DNA of 61,837 bases, counting the filler, from Candidatus Nezhaarchaeota archaeon WYZ-LMO8 (GTDB lineage: Archaea > Thermoproteota > Methanomethylicia > Nezhaarchaeales > WYZ-LMO8), in NCBI GenBank assembly GCA_004347965.1. It is 10 parts of 10 records of this genome, joined end to end, with 100 filler letters (N's around TTAATTAATTAA, not from the genome) between each part and the next. Parts side by side here need not be neighbours in the genome. Positions count along the whole stretch, not along the records: positions 51,873 to 56,909 come from QNVF01000058.1; positions 57,010 to 61,837 come from QNVF01000059.1; 8 more parts are not named here. One strand, written 5' to 3'. Under the pieces are notes generated by a model. The model was not told the DNA's origin. It worked only from the letters and a program-made list of their open reading frames with translations, and made no database searches. The position numbers were made by a program, and so were the translations under genes. Each line of letters starts with the position of its first letter. Positions within the stretch are counted from its first letter, which is position 1. Below are positions 51,773 to 61,837 of this stretch, piece after piece.

Positions 51773-51872
51773 NNNNNNNNNNNNNNNNNNNNNNNNNNNN
51801 NNNNNNNNNNNNNNNNTTAATTAATTAANNNNNNNNNNNNNNNNNNNNNNNNNNNNNNNNNNNNNNNNNNNN
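51773..51872. other. Artificial contig-joining spacer
   Basis: N44-TTAATTAATTAA-N44. Confidence 0.99.
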
Positions 51873-51873
51873 A

Positions 51874-53052
<1,179 letters not shown>

Positions 53053-53064
53053 GGTGAGTAAGAG

Positions 53065-53301
53065 CTGAGAGCACCGAGAGTATGGCATCCAATTCCTCCT
53101 GAAGATCTAGTAATTGACATGTTGAGACAGAGGAAAGGTGTTGCAAGAGATAAGGAGGTTTACAAGATGGTTAAAGCTATCTATAAGGATCTTTCTGTAA
53201 AAGAGTTTTACAAAGCTGTCATGAAGCTGGAGCTTAAGGGTCTAATCAATGTTTCTAGCATTAGTAAGAGCATTAAGTCTTTAAGGTTAAGGGAGACGTG
53301 A
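53065..53301 (+). CDS. Small winged-helix protein between cdc48 and fen1 (probable CTG start)
   Basis: (M)RAPRVWHPIPPEDLVIDMLRQRKG..DKEVY..FYKAVMKLELKGLINV; track starts at ATG 53119. Confidence 0.7.
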   Translation: MRAPRVWHPIPPEDLVIDMLRQRKGVARDKEVYKMVKAIYKDLSVKEFYKAVMKLELKGLINVSSISKSIKSLRLRET

Positions 53302-53310
53302 CTATAAGAC

Positions 53311-54351
53311 ATGGGGGTAGACTTTAAGGACCTCATTCCTCGAATAACGATCCCGCTTAACGCTCTTTCAGGCAAGGTAGTATCGATCGATGCTTACAAC
53401 GCTCTTTATCAATTCCTATCAATAATAAGGCAACCTGATGGGACCCCATTAAAGGATAGAACGGGCAGAATAACTAGTCATCTAAGCGGTCTCCTTTATA
53501 GAACCGTGAACCTCGTAGAGCTAGGCATAAAACCTGTCTATGTCTTCGATGGAGTGCCTCCGGAGATAAAGGAGATGGAGGTGCTAAGGAGAAAGAAGGT
53601 TAAGGAGGAGGCTGTTAAAAAATACGAGGAGGCTGTTAAAAAGGGGGATCTTAGGGCTGCAAGAACCTATGCTCAACAAACAGCTCATCTAACCGATGAG
53701 ATGAGTAATGAGGCTAAGAGACTTTTAGATGCTCTTGGAGTCCCATGGGTCCAAGCGCCTTCGGAAGGAGAAGCTCAAGCAGCTTACATGACCATTAAGG
53801 GTGATGCTTACGCTGTTGCAAGCCAGGATTATGACTCCCTTTTATTTGGAGCTAAGAGGTTAGTTCGAAACTTAACTATTAGTGGTAGAAGAAAACTGCC
53901 TCGTAAGGACGAGTACATAGAGGTAGAGCCAGAGCTAATAGAGCTCGATAAAGTGCTTCAAGAGCTTCAAGTAACTAGAGAGCAGCTAATTGAGATAGCT
54001 ATCCTGATAGGTACGGATTACAACCCTGATGGAGTTAAAGGCATTGGACCTAAGACAGCGCTGAAGCTCATAAAGACCTATGGATCGTTTGAGAAGGTCT
54101 TGAAGACCTTACCTGAAGCTGAATTTCCCCTAGATCCCTTGGAGATCAAGAGGTTATTCTTAGAGCCCAAGGTCACAGATAATTACAAGCTTGGGTGGAG
54201 GAAGCCTGATGTTGATAAGGTCTTGAAGTTCTTGTGCGACGAGAGAGATTTCTCAAGAGAAAGAGTCATGAGTGCTCTAGATCGAATGCTAAAGGCCCAT
54301 GAACAATATGCTAAGCAAACTTCTTTAGATACCTTCTTCAAGAAACGTTAG
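53311..54351 (+). CDS. fen: Flap endonuclease 1
   Basis: MGV, IDAYNALYQFL, APSEGEAQAA, SQDYDSLLFG, GTDYN, PIP box QTSLDTFF. Confidence 0.97.
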   Translation: MGVDFKDLIPRITIPLNALSGKVVSIDAYNALYQFLSIIRQPDGTPLKDRTGRITSHLSGLLYRTVNLVELGIKPVYVFDGVPPEIKEMEVLRRKKVKEEAVKKYEEAVKKGDLRAARTYAQQTAHLTDEMSNEAKRLLDALGVPWVQAPSEGEAQAAYMTIKGDAYAVASQDYDSLLFGAKRLVRNLTISGRRKLPRKDEYIEVEPELIELDKVLQELQVTREQLIEIAILIGTDYNPDGVKGIGPKTALKLIKTYGSFEKVLKTLPEAEFPLDPLEIKRLFLEPKVTDNYKLGWRKPDVDKVLKFLCDERDFSRERVMSALDRMLKAHEQYAKQTSLDTFFKKR

Positions 54352-54773
54352 ACCACAACCTCTATAGTCACTTGAAGTCTATTCTCCATTCTTAAGCAAT
54401 TGACGAGCTCTCTGTTTACATCTATGGCGGCCTTGTCGCACTTTATCATAAGCGTCCTAGGACATACGTAATCACTTCTTCTACACACGATGCTTAGCCT
54501 ACTTGTTAAAGGTAACTTCTCGCTGCCAAATCCGGTAATGACATCTTCGATGTCAAGAGTTCTTAGCAGAAGAGTTACCTTTGCATTGCTATGCCTTACA
54601 GCTTGCTTTAATTCTTGGCTCAAATCACAGACACTTTTTTCAGACCTCACTGCTACGATGCAATTCCCCCTTGGGGTTATGTGCTCCTCCTTAGTGATTT
54701 CAAGAGTTGTTCTATGCGTAGCCCTTATGTTCCTATGACCCCACGCATGAAAGGTCTCCTTAAGGTACACCAT
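54348..54773 (-). CDS. DUF371 family protein
   Basis: GHRNIRATHRTTLEITKE..TPRGNCI..RRSDY..RTL; likely start ATG 54773. Confidence 0.9.
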   Translation of the reverse strand: MVYLKETFHAWGHRNIRATHRTTLEITKEEHITPRGNCIVAVRSEKSVCDLSQELKQAVRHSNAKVTLLLRTLDIEDVITGFGSEKLPLTSRLSIVCRRSDYVCPRTLMIKCDKAAIDVNRELVNCLRMENRLQVTIEVVV

Positions 54774-54827
54774 CTCTCGCCATGAAAAGTATTGTAGTAA
54801 AGCACTAATTACCTTTAAGCTCTTGTA

Positions 54828-55529
54828 GTGAATGAGGAAGATTTTATGCATGAAAAACTTGAGAAGCAAAGGAGAATAGCGGTGCAGAGACTTATAGAAT
54901 TTGGCGTCATAAAGAGGAAGATAGTGGCTGATGCAATGTTGAGAGTACCACGTGAGGAATTTATTCCTGAAACTTATCGTGACTCTGCTTATGTAGATAG
55001 CCCAATACCTATAGGATATGGTCAGACGACGTCTGCTTTACACATGGTTGCATGGATGTGTGAAGCTACTGAACTTAAACCTGGAGATAAAGTTCTTGAG
55101 ATAGGTGGTGGATGCGGCTACATGGCAGCTGTTTACGCAGAAATAGTGGCGCCAAGAGGTAGCGAAGTTAGAGGACATGTTTACACCATTGAGATAATAG
55201 GAGAATTAGCTAAGAAAGCTGAGGAGACATTAAGGAGGCTAGGCTATCATGATAGGGTTACGGTAATCCATGGTGATGGAACGCTCGGATATCGTGAAGC
55301 AGCTCCATACGATGCTATCATAGTAACAGCAGCAGCACCAGGAGCACCAAAGCCTCTTAAGGAGCAACTTAAGATTGGTGGTAGACTTGTCATACCCATA
55401 GGATCTCCATACTATACCCAAGAATTGACGTTAATAAGACGCATAGATGAGGAGAAGTACGAGGAAGTGGAGCTAGGTGGTTGTGTATTCGTCCCATTGA
55501 GAGGAAAGTATGGATGGACTAGGGATTAA
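54828..55529 (+). CDS. pcm: Protein-L-isoaspartate O-methyltransferase
   Basis: VPREEF, AYVD.P.PIGYGQT, LEIGGGCGY, GDGTLG..APYD.I.VTAA, FVPLRG. Confidence 0.95.
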   Translation: MNEEDFMHEKLEKQRRIAVQRLIEFGVIKRKIVADAMLRVPREEFIPETYRDSAYVDSPIPIGYGQTTSALHMVAWMCEATELKPGDKVLEIGGGCGYMAAVYAEIVAPRGSEVRGHVYTIEIIGELAKKAEETLRRLGYHDRVTVIHGDGTLGYREAAPYDAIIVTAAAPGAPKPLKEQLKIGGRLVIPIGSPYYTQELTLIRRIDEEKYEEVELGGCVFVPLRGKYGWTRD

Positions 55530-56599
55530 TGGTGGCAAAGACCTTAGCAGTCCTTGTAGCAAGAGAGAAAGGAGAAGCGGTAAGAAGGTATTTAGCCTCC
55601 ATAAATGCTCTAAGCTATAAATTGAAGATCAAGGTTCTAAACAGTAAGTTAGCCATACCACTATCTAGACAATTATTGAAGACGGAGGAGGAGGACTTAA
55701 ATAAGATATGCGAAGTCGAAGTAAGAGAGGAGGATTTCGAGGAAAGACCAAGTAAACCTAAGTCGATACTTGAATGGCTCAGCGATAAGATGCCTCCTCA
55801 TCTATTAGCTTCAGCCCCCAGGTCTTGGGATCTAATAGGTGATATAGCGATAATAGATGTACCTGATGAGTTACTTGGATACGAGAAGCTTGTAGCTGAA
55901 GCAATCTTAGCTGTACATAAGAACGTTAAGAGCGTCTATGCGAAGGCAAGCCCAATAAGTGGAGATTTCAGGATAAGAGATCTTAGGTTATTAGGAGGCG
56001 AGGATAAGAGCATCACCTTCCATAAGGAATACGGAGCAATATTCTATGTTGACGTAAAGAACGTTTACTTTAGCCCTAGATTGGCAACAGAAAGGAAGAG
56101 AGTAGCTGAGTTAGTTCGGGATGGTGAAGTTGTACTTGATATGTTCTCGGGAGCAGGACCATTCGCCATTCAAATAGCTATGAGAAGAAGCGTTTTAGTT
56201 CATGCAATAGAACTAAACCCCATAGCCTACGAATGCCTCAAGAAGAACATAGAGCTGAACAAAGTTCAGGGAAAGGTCATACCGCATCTTGGAGATGCAA
56301 GAGAGGTTATTGAGAAGGAGCTTATACGTAAAGTCGATAGAGTCATCATGAACTTGCCAGGGAGATCTTTGGAGTTCATTGATGCTGCTCTTAAAGCTTT
56401 GAGAGATAGAGGGGTTCTTCACGTCTATGCGTTTGTAGAGGAGCCTAAACCAATAGAGAAGGCTGAGGAGAAGGTCGTGAGTGAAGTAAAAGCTAGAGGA
56501 TGGACTATTTCGGGAAGTCCATTTACTAGGCTCGTAAGGCAGGTTGCCCCAAGACGATGGCAAATAGCTATTGACCTTGAAGTTCAAAGATCCTTATAA
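55529..56599 (+). CDS. trm5: tRNA G37 methyltransferase, Trm5/Met-10+ family
   Basis: DLIGDIAI, VYFSPRLATER, DMFSGAGPF, ELNP, IMNLP. Confidence 0.88.
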   Translation: MVAKTLAVLVAREKGEAVRRYLASINALSYKLKIKVLNSKLAIPLSRQLLKTEEEDLNKICEVEVREEDFEERPSKPKSILEWLSDKMPPHLLASAPRSWDLIGDIAIIDVPDELLGYEKLVAEAILAVHKNVKSVYAKASPISGDFRIRDLRLLGGEDKSITFHKEYGAIFYVDVKNVYFSPRLATERKRVAELVRDGEVVLDMFSGAGPFAIQIAMRRSVLVHAIELNPIAYECLKKNIELNKVQGKVIPHLGDAREVIEKELIRKVDRVIMNLPGRSLEFIDAALKALRDRGVLHVYAFVEEPKPIEKAEEKVVSEVKARGWTISGSPFTRLVRQVAPRRWQIAIDLEVQRSL

Positions 56600-56826
56600 T
56601 TATATCCTCATTGATATCGAAACAATAATTGAGGGATTTTGAAGACTTAGCTCCAAGACCTTTAAGCCATCTACAACTTTAAATTTTAAAGAAGCAATCC
56701 GTTCTGTACGTATCAAATTAGAATTATCGTTGCCTTAAACTTTGACTTCGACACAGATTCTTACATTGAGTTAAGCTTAGAAATTTAAGTTTAGAAAACG
56801 TGAGGAAACAAGAAGATAAAGACTAG

Positions 56827-56900
56827 CGGGCCCGGCGGGATTTGAACCCGCGACCGTCGGGTTAAAAGCCCGCCGCTCTACCATGCTGAGCTACGGGCCC
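56827..56900 (-). tRNA. tRNA-Lys(UUU), intronless, CCA not encoded
   Basis: Reverse complement GGGCCCGTAGCTCAGCATGGTAGAGCGGCGGGCTTTTAACCCGACGGTCGCGGGTTCAAATCCCGCCGGGCCCG folds as a cloverleaf; loop CU-UUU-AA. Confidence 0.96.
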
Positions 56901-56909
56901 TAAGCGTGA

Positions 56910-57009
56910 NNNNNNNNNNNNNNNNNNNNNNNNNNNNNNNNNNNNNNNNNNNNTTAATTAATTAANNNNNNNNNNNNNNNNNNNNNNNNNNNNNNNNNNN
57001 NNNNNNNNN
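56910..57009. other. Artificial contig-joining spacer
   Basis: N44-TTAATTAATTAA-N44. Confidence 0.99.
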
Positions 57010-57059
57010 AAGGAAAAGGAAAAAGAGAAAGAGACTCCTAAGTTCGGCGAGGAGGAATT

Positions 57060-57335
57060 TTGACAGCTAAAAGTAGCACTAAAAGGATAAAATCTGAAGA
57101 GGTCAAGATATGGTTACCTAAGCTTACGAAGTACGAGCGTGCTAGGATAATTGGTGCAAGAGCATTGCAGATAGCCATGGGCGCGCCAATCCTTGTAGAT
57201 TTTTCTTCAATTCAGGAGAAAGACCCTGTAAAAATAGCGATGAAAGAGCTGGAGCTAGGCGTACTACCCATAACGGTGAGAAGGAAGTTACCAAGTGGAC
57301 ACTATCAAGACATACCTCTTAAGTGGCTTCTTTAA
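57060..57335 (+). CDS. rpoK: DNA-directed RNA polymerase subunit K (Rpo6)
   Basis: [32 protein letters not shown]. Confidence 0.96.
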   Translation: MTAKSSTKRIKSEEVKIWLPKLTKYERARIIGARALQIAMGAPILVDFSSIQEKDPVKIAMKELELGVLPITVRRKLPSGHYQDIPLKWLL

Positions 57336-57388
57336 CTTCAAAATTCTTTGTTTCCACCCTCCACATCTTTTTGCAGCAATTGTGAGTA

Positions 57389-58429
57389 CTAGAAGGAAAG
57401 CTTTTCACGATGTCTCATGATGAGAGGCAATACTCTTTGTGGTGGTAATTCGACTAACTTTGAGAGCAGTATGGCTCTTACATCTTTGAGCTCAGCATAC
57501 TTCAAGTTTGCGAACGCATAGAACACACTTAGCGTAAATGGATAGTGCAGGAACACTACCTCGTTTTCTTTAACCCAAAGTAGTTGTAGGCTTCTCTCAA
57601 TCTCAGTAACGTCTTTAGCTAAAGGCGAAATAGCTCTTCCGTAGTATGTTGCAGCTAGAGACTGTAGAATCGAGGTAAGTGGTTGCGACGACAAACTCTT
57701 CAAGTCTAGCTTGAGCATGTAGGATAAGGGCAGTAACATTCCTTCGAGGGCTGATGGTTGAAGCCCTAAAAACTTCCCACGCACTAAAGCTAGGATGTTC
57801 TTCACGTCTATCTCTATTCCTAAAAGATGTCTAATATACTTGCGATCACTTTCCCTCAGCTCATCAGCTAATCTCCAAAGCCGAGTGTAAAGCGATTTAT
57901 CTATGGCTGTCTCTATCGGGATGGGGCTTTTTATAGACTCCGCTTGTCTCAGAGATTCTCTTATAAGAGCCTTTAGCTCAATATCTGGAAGTAAATCGAT
58001 TGCTTGCTCAATGTTTCTTGCTGATATTATTGATGTGTAAAGTGCACCACTATACCTTCCTATTGGTGGTGCCATTAATGAAGCTTCGTCTCTAGGTATA
58101 TCTAAGAACTTTGCTTTAAGCAGTGCTTTCAAGGTTTCATATTCGTACTTGTTGATTGCAGCTTCGAGGAAGTCCCTAGCACGATCTCTAACACTTTCAA
58201 CCAGTACTCGCAATATGTAAGTGAACTTATCGAGTAGATGCTTTTCGATGTCTTGTGGATTATCTGTTTGAGGAATGTCCTTGCCTAAGTCGCTAACTGA
58301 TCGCAAATGAGTTAATGCCTGGTGAACTGTAGGGGCTCTCAACATATTTTCATAGTCCTCAGGCTTAAGCATGAAGGATCTCTTAGCTCTTACTCTTGCG
58401 ACACCGTAAGCGTATAGAGAGGCCTCCAT
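57389..58429 (-). CDS. atpC: A/V-type ATP synthase subunit C
   Basis: YAYGVARVRA, KYEYETLK.LLKAK, IETAIDKSLY, EIDVKNI, K.AELKDVR. Confidence 0.85.
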   Translation of the reverse strand: MEASLYAYGVARVRAKRSFMLKPEDYENMLRAPTVHQALTHLRSVSDLGKDIPQTDNPQDIEKHLLDKFTYILRVLVESVRDRARDFLEAAINKYEYETLKALLKAKFLDIPRDEASLMAPPIGRYSGALYTSIISARNIEQAIDLLPDIELKALIRESLRQAESIKSPIPIETAIDKSLYTRLWRLADELRESDRKYIRHLLGIEIDVKNILALVRGKFLGLQPSALEGMLLPLSYMLKLDLKSLSSQPLTSILQSLAATYYGRAISPLAKDVTEIERSLQLLWVKENEVVFLHYPFTLSVFYAFANLKYAELKDVRAILLSKLVELPPQRVLPLIMRHREKLSF

Positions 58430-58478
58430 TCGCAGCCCTCCAAGAGGAGCGTACTTGAATTGTTATCTAAAAGATATT

Positions 58479-59342
58479 CTATAAGTTTAATGCTTTTACG
58501 AGGTCGTTCAAGCCTGTACGCTCCTTGACGCTCGTGAGCACTATCTTTGCTTTTGGATTTATTGCCCTTACGTCATCCATTAGGGCTTGTAGATCTACAT
58601 TGAACACATTAGCTACATCAATCTTATTGATGACGACCACATCAACGTCCTTAAACGATAGTGGGTGCTTCACTATCATACTGCTTCCCTCACTAACACT
58701 AACAACAACTACTCTTGCGTGCGCTCCTAGTGGAAAATCTGCCGGACATATTAGGTTGCCAACGTTCTCTATGAATAGGAGGTCTATGCTTCCAAGGTCT
58801 AGAAGCTGAAGTGCACGTCTCACCAGTTGAGCATCTAGGTGGCATTCTCTTCCAGTATTTATTTGGATAGCTTTCACTCCATGCTTTGAGAGCCTATCTG
58901 CATCTATTGAAGTTGCGATGTCTCCGACTATTACTGCTATCCTATACCTCTCTTTTAAGAGGTCTATTAGGGCCTCAATTATCGAAGTCTTACCAGCTCC
59001 AAGAGAGCCCATGAAGTCTATGGCTCTAATCCCATGCTGATCGAAAAGCCTCTTGTTCTCAAGAGCTATTCTCCTGTTGAGAGCTAGGAGGTCTTGTTCA
59101 ACTTCGATGTCCATTACCTCTCCCTGTGCAGGCTTCATCGGCTCCTCTTCACCTATCGATAAGCTCTCTAGTATCGATGAGGCTCGCTTCGCAAAGAAGA
59201 GAGCGACATCTAACCTTGAGGCTACTGAGAGTCCTTTTGAGAGAGCAGAGTCTTTAAGCATTGATAGCTTAGCAACAACCTCCCTCAAAGAAGACTTAAC
59301 ATTCTCTAAGTTTACTCCGAGCTCGGAGGACATGTAAGCCAC
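58479..59342 (-). CDS. hypB: Hydrogenase nickel-incorporation GTPase HypB with N-terminal extension
   Basis: MGSLGAGKT, GDI..IDA, NTGRECHLDA, ENVGNLICP, KHP, NKID. Confidence 0.93.
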   Translation of the reverse strand: MAYMSSELGVNLENVKSSLREVVAKLSMLKDSALSKGLSVASRLDVALFFAKRASSILESLSIGEEEPMKPAQGEVMDIEVEQDLLALNRRIALENKRLFDQHGIRAIDFMGSLGAGKTSIIEALIDLLKERYRIAVIVGDIATSIDADRLSKHGVKAIQINTGRECHLDAQLVRRALQLLDLGSIDLLFIENVGNLICPADFPLGAHARVVVVSVSEGSSMIVKHPLSFKDVDVVVINKIDVANVFNVDLQALMDDVRAINPKAKIVLTSVKERTGLNDLVKALNL

Positions 59343-60569
59343 CTACAGATCTATGAGCTTTACTTCAACTAAGGAATTTTCCTCCACAAATTTTATGTCT
59401 TCAGGTATCTCGATGTATCCATCAGCCCCAGCAAAGGTTGTTACTGCCTCGGAGCCCTTAAGAATTGGTTGAGCAAGGAGCTTAGCTCCATGGCTGAGGA
59501 GCTTGACGTAAACAATTTCCCTCCTACCTTCAAAGCTTAGTACTCTACGAGTAAGCACAGCGTTTACATGACGCTCTTTAAACTCAGATCCAAAGACGTT
59601 TTTTAGAAGCCAAGGCTTAATCATCACTTCAAGTACTGTGAAGGCTGATGTCGGGTTCCCGGGGAGACCTACGACGAGCTTCTCATCCACCACCGCTGTT
59701 AGTGTTGGCTTCCCAGGCTTTAGCGCTAGACCGTGGAATAGTATTTTGCCCCTCCTCTCCTTCAAGATTTCAATTAAGGAGAGCTGTAGGACGTCTCCTT
59801 CTCCCTTCGAAGTCCCTCCAGAGACTATGACTATGTCGCTACGATCCAAGGAGGACGCCATCTTCTCCTTAAGGTCCTTAACATCGTCGTCAGCTATCCC
59901 CACGATTAGCGGCTCTAAACCCAGTTTACTTAAGTAGGAGTACACCATGTAGCCGTTAACATCGTATATCTTACCCTCCCTAAGAGGTCTACCTAATTCA
60001 ACAAGCTCTGGACCTGTTGATATTATCGAGGCTCTAGGCTTTTTGTAGACTTTGACTTTGGAGCGACCTAGAGCTGCTAAGAGAGCAACCTCTTTAACAC
60101 CTATTTGCGTACCTCTCCTCAATACTAGTGTACCCTTTGAGATATCGGAGCCACGGCGTGTTACGTTAGCGTTGGGAGCTACAGCTTTAAATACATAGAC
60201 TAAGGGGCCCTCTCGATGTGCATCCTCAATTGCTACCACCGCATCTGAGCCACTTGGTAAGGGTGCTCCAGTCGGTATGTAAGCGCACTCGCCATCATCT
60301 ATCTGTAGGCTCGGTATCTCCCCTATTTTCACGTGACCCTTCAACTTGAGCTTTACAGGGTTGCTCTCTGAAGCTAGAAAAGTGTCCTTCGACTTAACAG
60401 CATAGCCATCTCTAGCACTTTTATCGAAAGGTGGTAGCTCAATATCTGCTAGAACATCTTCAGCTAGTATTCTCCCAAAAGCCTCCCATGAATTTAGGGT
60501 CTCTACTTGAAGATGTAGCTTAACCTCTTCAAGTCTCTGTAGTGCTTCTCTAAGGGTTGTTAGCTTCAA
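59343..60569 (-). CDS. moeA: Molybdopterin molybdotransferase MoeA
   Basis: PPFDKSARDGYAV, TGAPLP, STGPEL, SGGTSKG, KPGKP, LPGNP. Confidence 0.95.
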   Translation of the reverse strand: MKLTTLREALQRLEEVKLHLQVETLNSWEAFGRILAEDVLADIELPPFDKSARDGYAVKSKDTFLASESNPVKLKLKGHVKIGEIPSLQIDDGECAYIPTGAPLPSGSDAVVAIEDAHREGPLVYVFKAVAPNANVTRRGSDISKGTLVLRRGTQIGVKEVALLAALGRSKVKVYKKPRASIISTGPELVELGRPLREGKIYDVNGYMVYSYLSKLGLEPLIVGIADDDVKDLKEKMASSLDRSDIVIVSGGTSKGEGDVLQLSLIEILKERRGKILFHGLALKPGKPTLTAVVDEKLVVGLPGNPTSAFTVLEVMIKPWLLKNVFGSEFKERHVNAVLTRRVLSFEGRREIVYVKLLSHGAKLLAQPILKGSEAVTTFAGADGYIEIPEDIKFVEENSLVEVKLIDL

Positions 60570-60571
60570 GA

Positions 60572-61798
60572 CTAAATCACCAGGAGGTGCACATCAACTT
60601 CCTCGCCTTCACTTAAGGAATCCACATCCTCTGGTATCACTACGTATCCTTGTGCCTTACAAATCGATGAAATCACGCTTGAGCCTCCTGTAGCTATAGG
60701 CTCAGCTTCTAAGCCATCACCCGATTCTCTTAGACTAACTCTTACGTAAACCCTGCTCCCTACCTCTCCAGGAACGTTCCTCCTTAACCTGGCTCTTAGC
60801 TTACATTTAATGCTCCTCTTCAAACCATACATGTGCTCTATGAGGGGGGCCACGATCTCAATGAAAGAGAAGAAGCAGGATACTGGAGGACCAGGTAAGC
60901 AGAAGACAGGTTTACCGCGTATCTTCAATGCAGCAGTGGGCTTTCCAGGCTTCATAGCCACGCCATGGAAGAGTAGCTCTCCCTCCTTTGATAGTACTTG
61001 AGGTATTATGTCTCTAGGGCCTACAGACGTCCCACCAATGAATATTACCATGTCGAAGCCTCTAAGGCCGTAGTGTAATGCTTCGAGAACCTCTTCTGCT
61101 GACGAGATTGGGGACTTCGGGTAGATGAATGGTTGGGATAGGAACCTTTTAGCCAGCCCGTAGACGATGAAGCTTGAGGAATCGTAGATCTCGTAGCCCT
61201 TTAAGGTCTCTCCTGGTCTCTTCACTTCCTCTCCGCTACTCACTATTAAGATCCTTATCCTCCTGTAGGCAGGTACCTTAGTGAGACCGCAGGAAGCCAT
61301 GATGCCCATGTGCTGAGGACCTATTATCGTGCCCTTCTCAACGATAATCGTGCCCCTCTTAACGTCCTCACCTTTAACCGAAACGTTTCTTAGTGGTGGT
61401 ATCGGCTCGCTCACCTCTATGAAGCCGTTAACCTCAGGAGCCACCTCAGACATTACAACAGCATCGAAACCTTCAGGGATAAATTGACCTGTTGCAACCT
61501 TGATCACTATTGAGTGATCTTGAACTTGTCCTATCTCATTCAAGCTCTCTAAGACCTTGAACCTCTTGGGGTTATCTCGAGAAGCATTGAAGGTTAGCTC
61601 AGCCTTGAGAGCGTAGCCATCCACCGCTGATCTATTGAAGTGGGGTACGTCAATGGGAGCTATGACGTCACAAGATGTTACCCTCCCATAGGATAGAGTT
61701 AACGGTACATTAACGCTTGGCGGTTCCAGATCCTTAAAGCTCTCAAGAAGCACTGAGATGGCTTCATCGACCTTCACAAGTCTTCGAAAAGTTCTCAT
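60572..61798 (-). CDS. moeA: Molybdopterin molybdotransferase MoeA (second paralog)
   Basis: PHFNRSAVDGYA, SSGEE, GGTSVGPRD, KPGKP, LPGPP. Confidence 0.95.
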   Translation of the reverse strand: MRTFRRLVKVDEAISVLLESFKDLEPPSVNVPLTLSYGRVTSCDVIAPIDVPHFNRSAVDGYALKAELTFNASRDNPKRFKVLESLNEIGQVQDHSIVIKVATGQFIPEGFDAVVMSEVAPEVNGFIEVSEPIPPLRNVSVKGEDVKRGTIIVEKGTIIGPQHMGIMASCGLTKVPAYRRIRILIVSSGEEVKRPGETLKGYEIYDSSSFIVYGLAKRFLSQPFIYPKSPISSAEEVLEALHYGLRGFDMVIFIGGTSVGPRDIIPQVLSKEGELLFHGVAMKPGKPTAALKIRGKPVFCLPGPPVSCFFSFIEIVAPLIEHMYGLKRSIKCKLRARLRRNVPGEVGSRVYVRVSLRESGDGLEAEPIATGGSSVISSICKAQGYVVIPEDVDSLSEGEEVDVHLLVI

Positions 61799-61837
61799 CC
61801 CTAAAACCCTGAAGGGATCTCTCTAAGGTTTAAATAA

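Noticed and set aside
53605..53642. 17-bp direct repeat in fen1
   Set aside because: Encodes EEAVKK twice in the helical arch; in frame, with no apparent length change.
56827..56909. tRNA-Lys next to a contig break as a possible integration site
   Set aside because: The break is on the 5' side; no integrase or duplicated tRNA 3' half is seen.

Overview
Archaeal DNA, most likely a Thermoproteota (TACK) metagenome-assembled genome; a Nezhaarchaeota/Culexarchaeia-like lineage is a low-confidence guess from gene content. The window is not one locus. It is 10 contigs (7582+, 7540, 7494, 7083, 5665, 5369, 5212, 5127, 5037 and 4828+ nt, in descending size) joined by artificial 100-nt spacers (N44-TTAATTAATTAA-N44), so adjacency across spacers is meaningless. 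Housekeeping genes: gins51-rpl44e-rps27e-aIF2a-nop10, aglB, ileS, gatCAB, dph2/METTL5/csl4, srp54-pus10, rpl21e, rpoF, cdc48-fen1, pcm-trm5, tRNA-Lys, rpoK, atpC, moeA x2, hypB. Anaerobic organic-acid metabolism: two acyl-CoA ligases, two flavin oxidoreductases, a tungsten AOR, an ADP-forming ACD, and a fumarate hydratase-TfrAB-like operon. No CRISPR, IS or provirus was seen. Best leads: (i) a fum-tfrAB operon with a CCG-domain B subunit and a His-bearing A subunit; (ii) a radical SAM + metal-chelate ABC operon behind repeated bipartite operator-like motifs; (iii) a four-gene secreted/membrane/wHTH cluster; (iv) a PanF-like symporter + micro-protein + atypical adenylate ligase; (v) an unannotated C/D box sRNA; (vi) an AT-rich repeat region beside an RHH-V4R gene; (vii) several micro-ORFs or true starts missed by the ORF track, including a probable CTG start. 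No database searches were possible, so family calls rest on recalled motifs.
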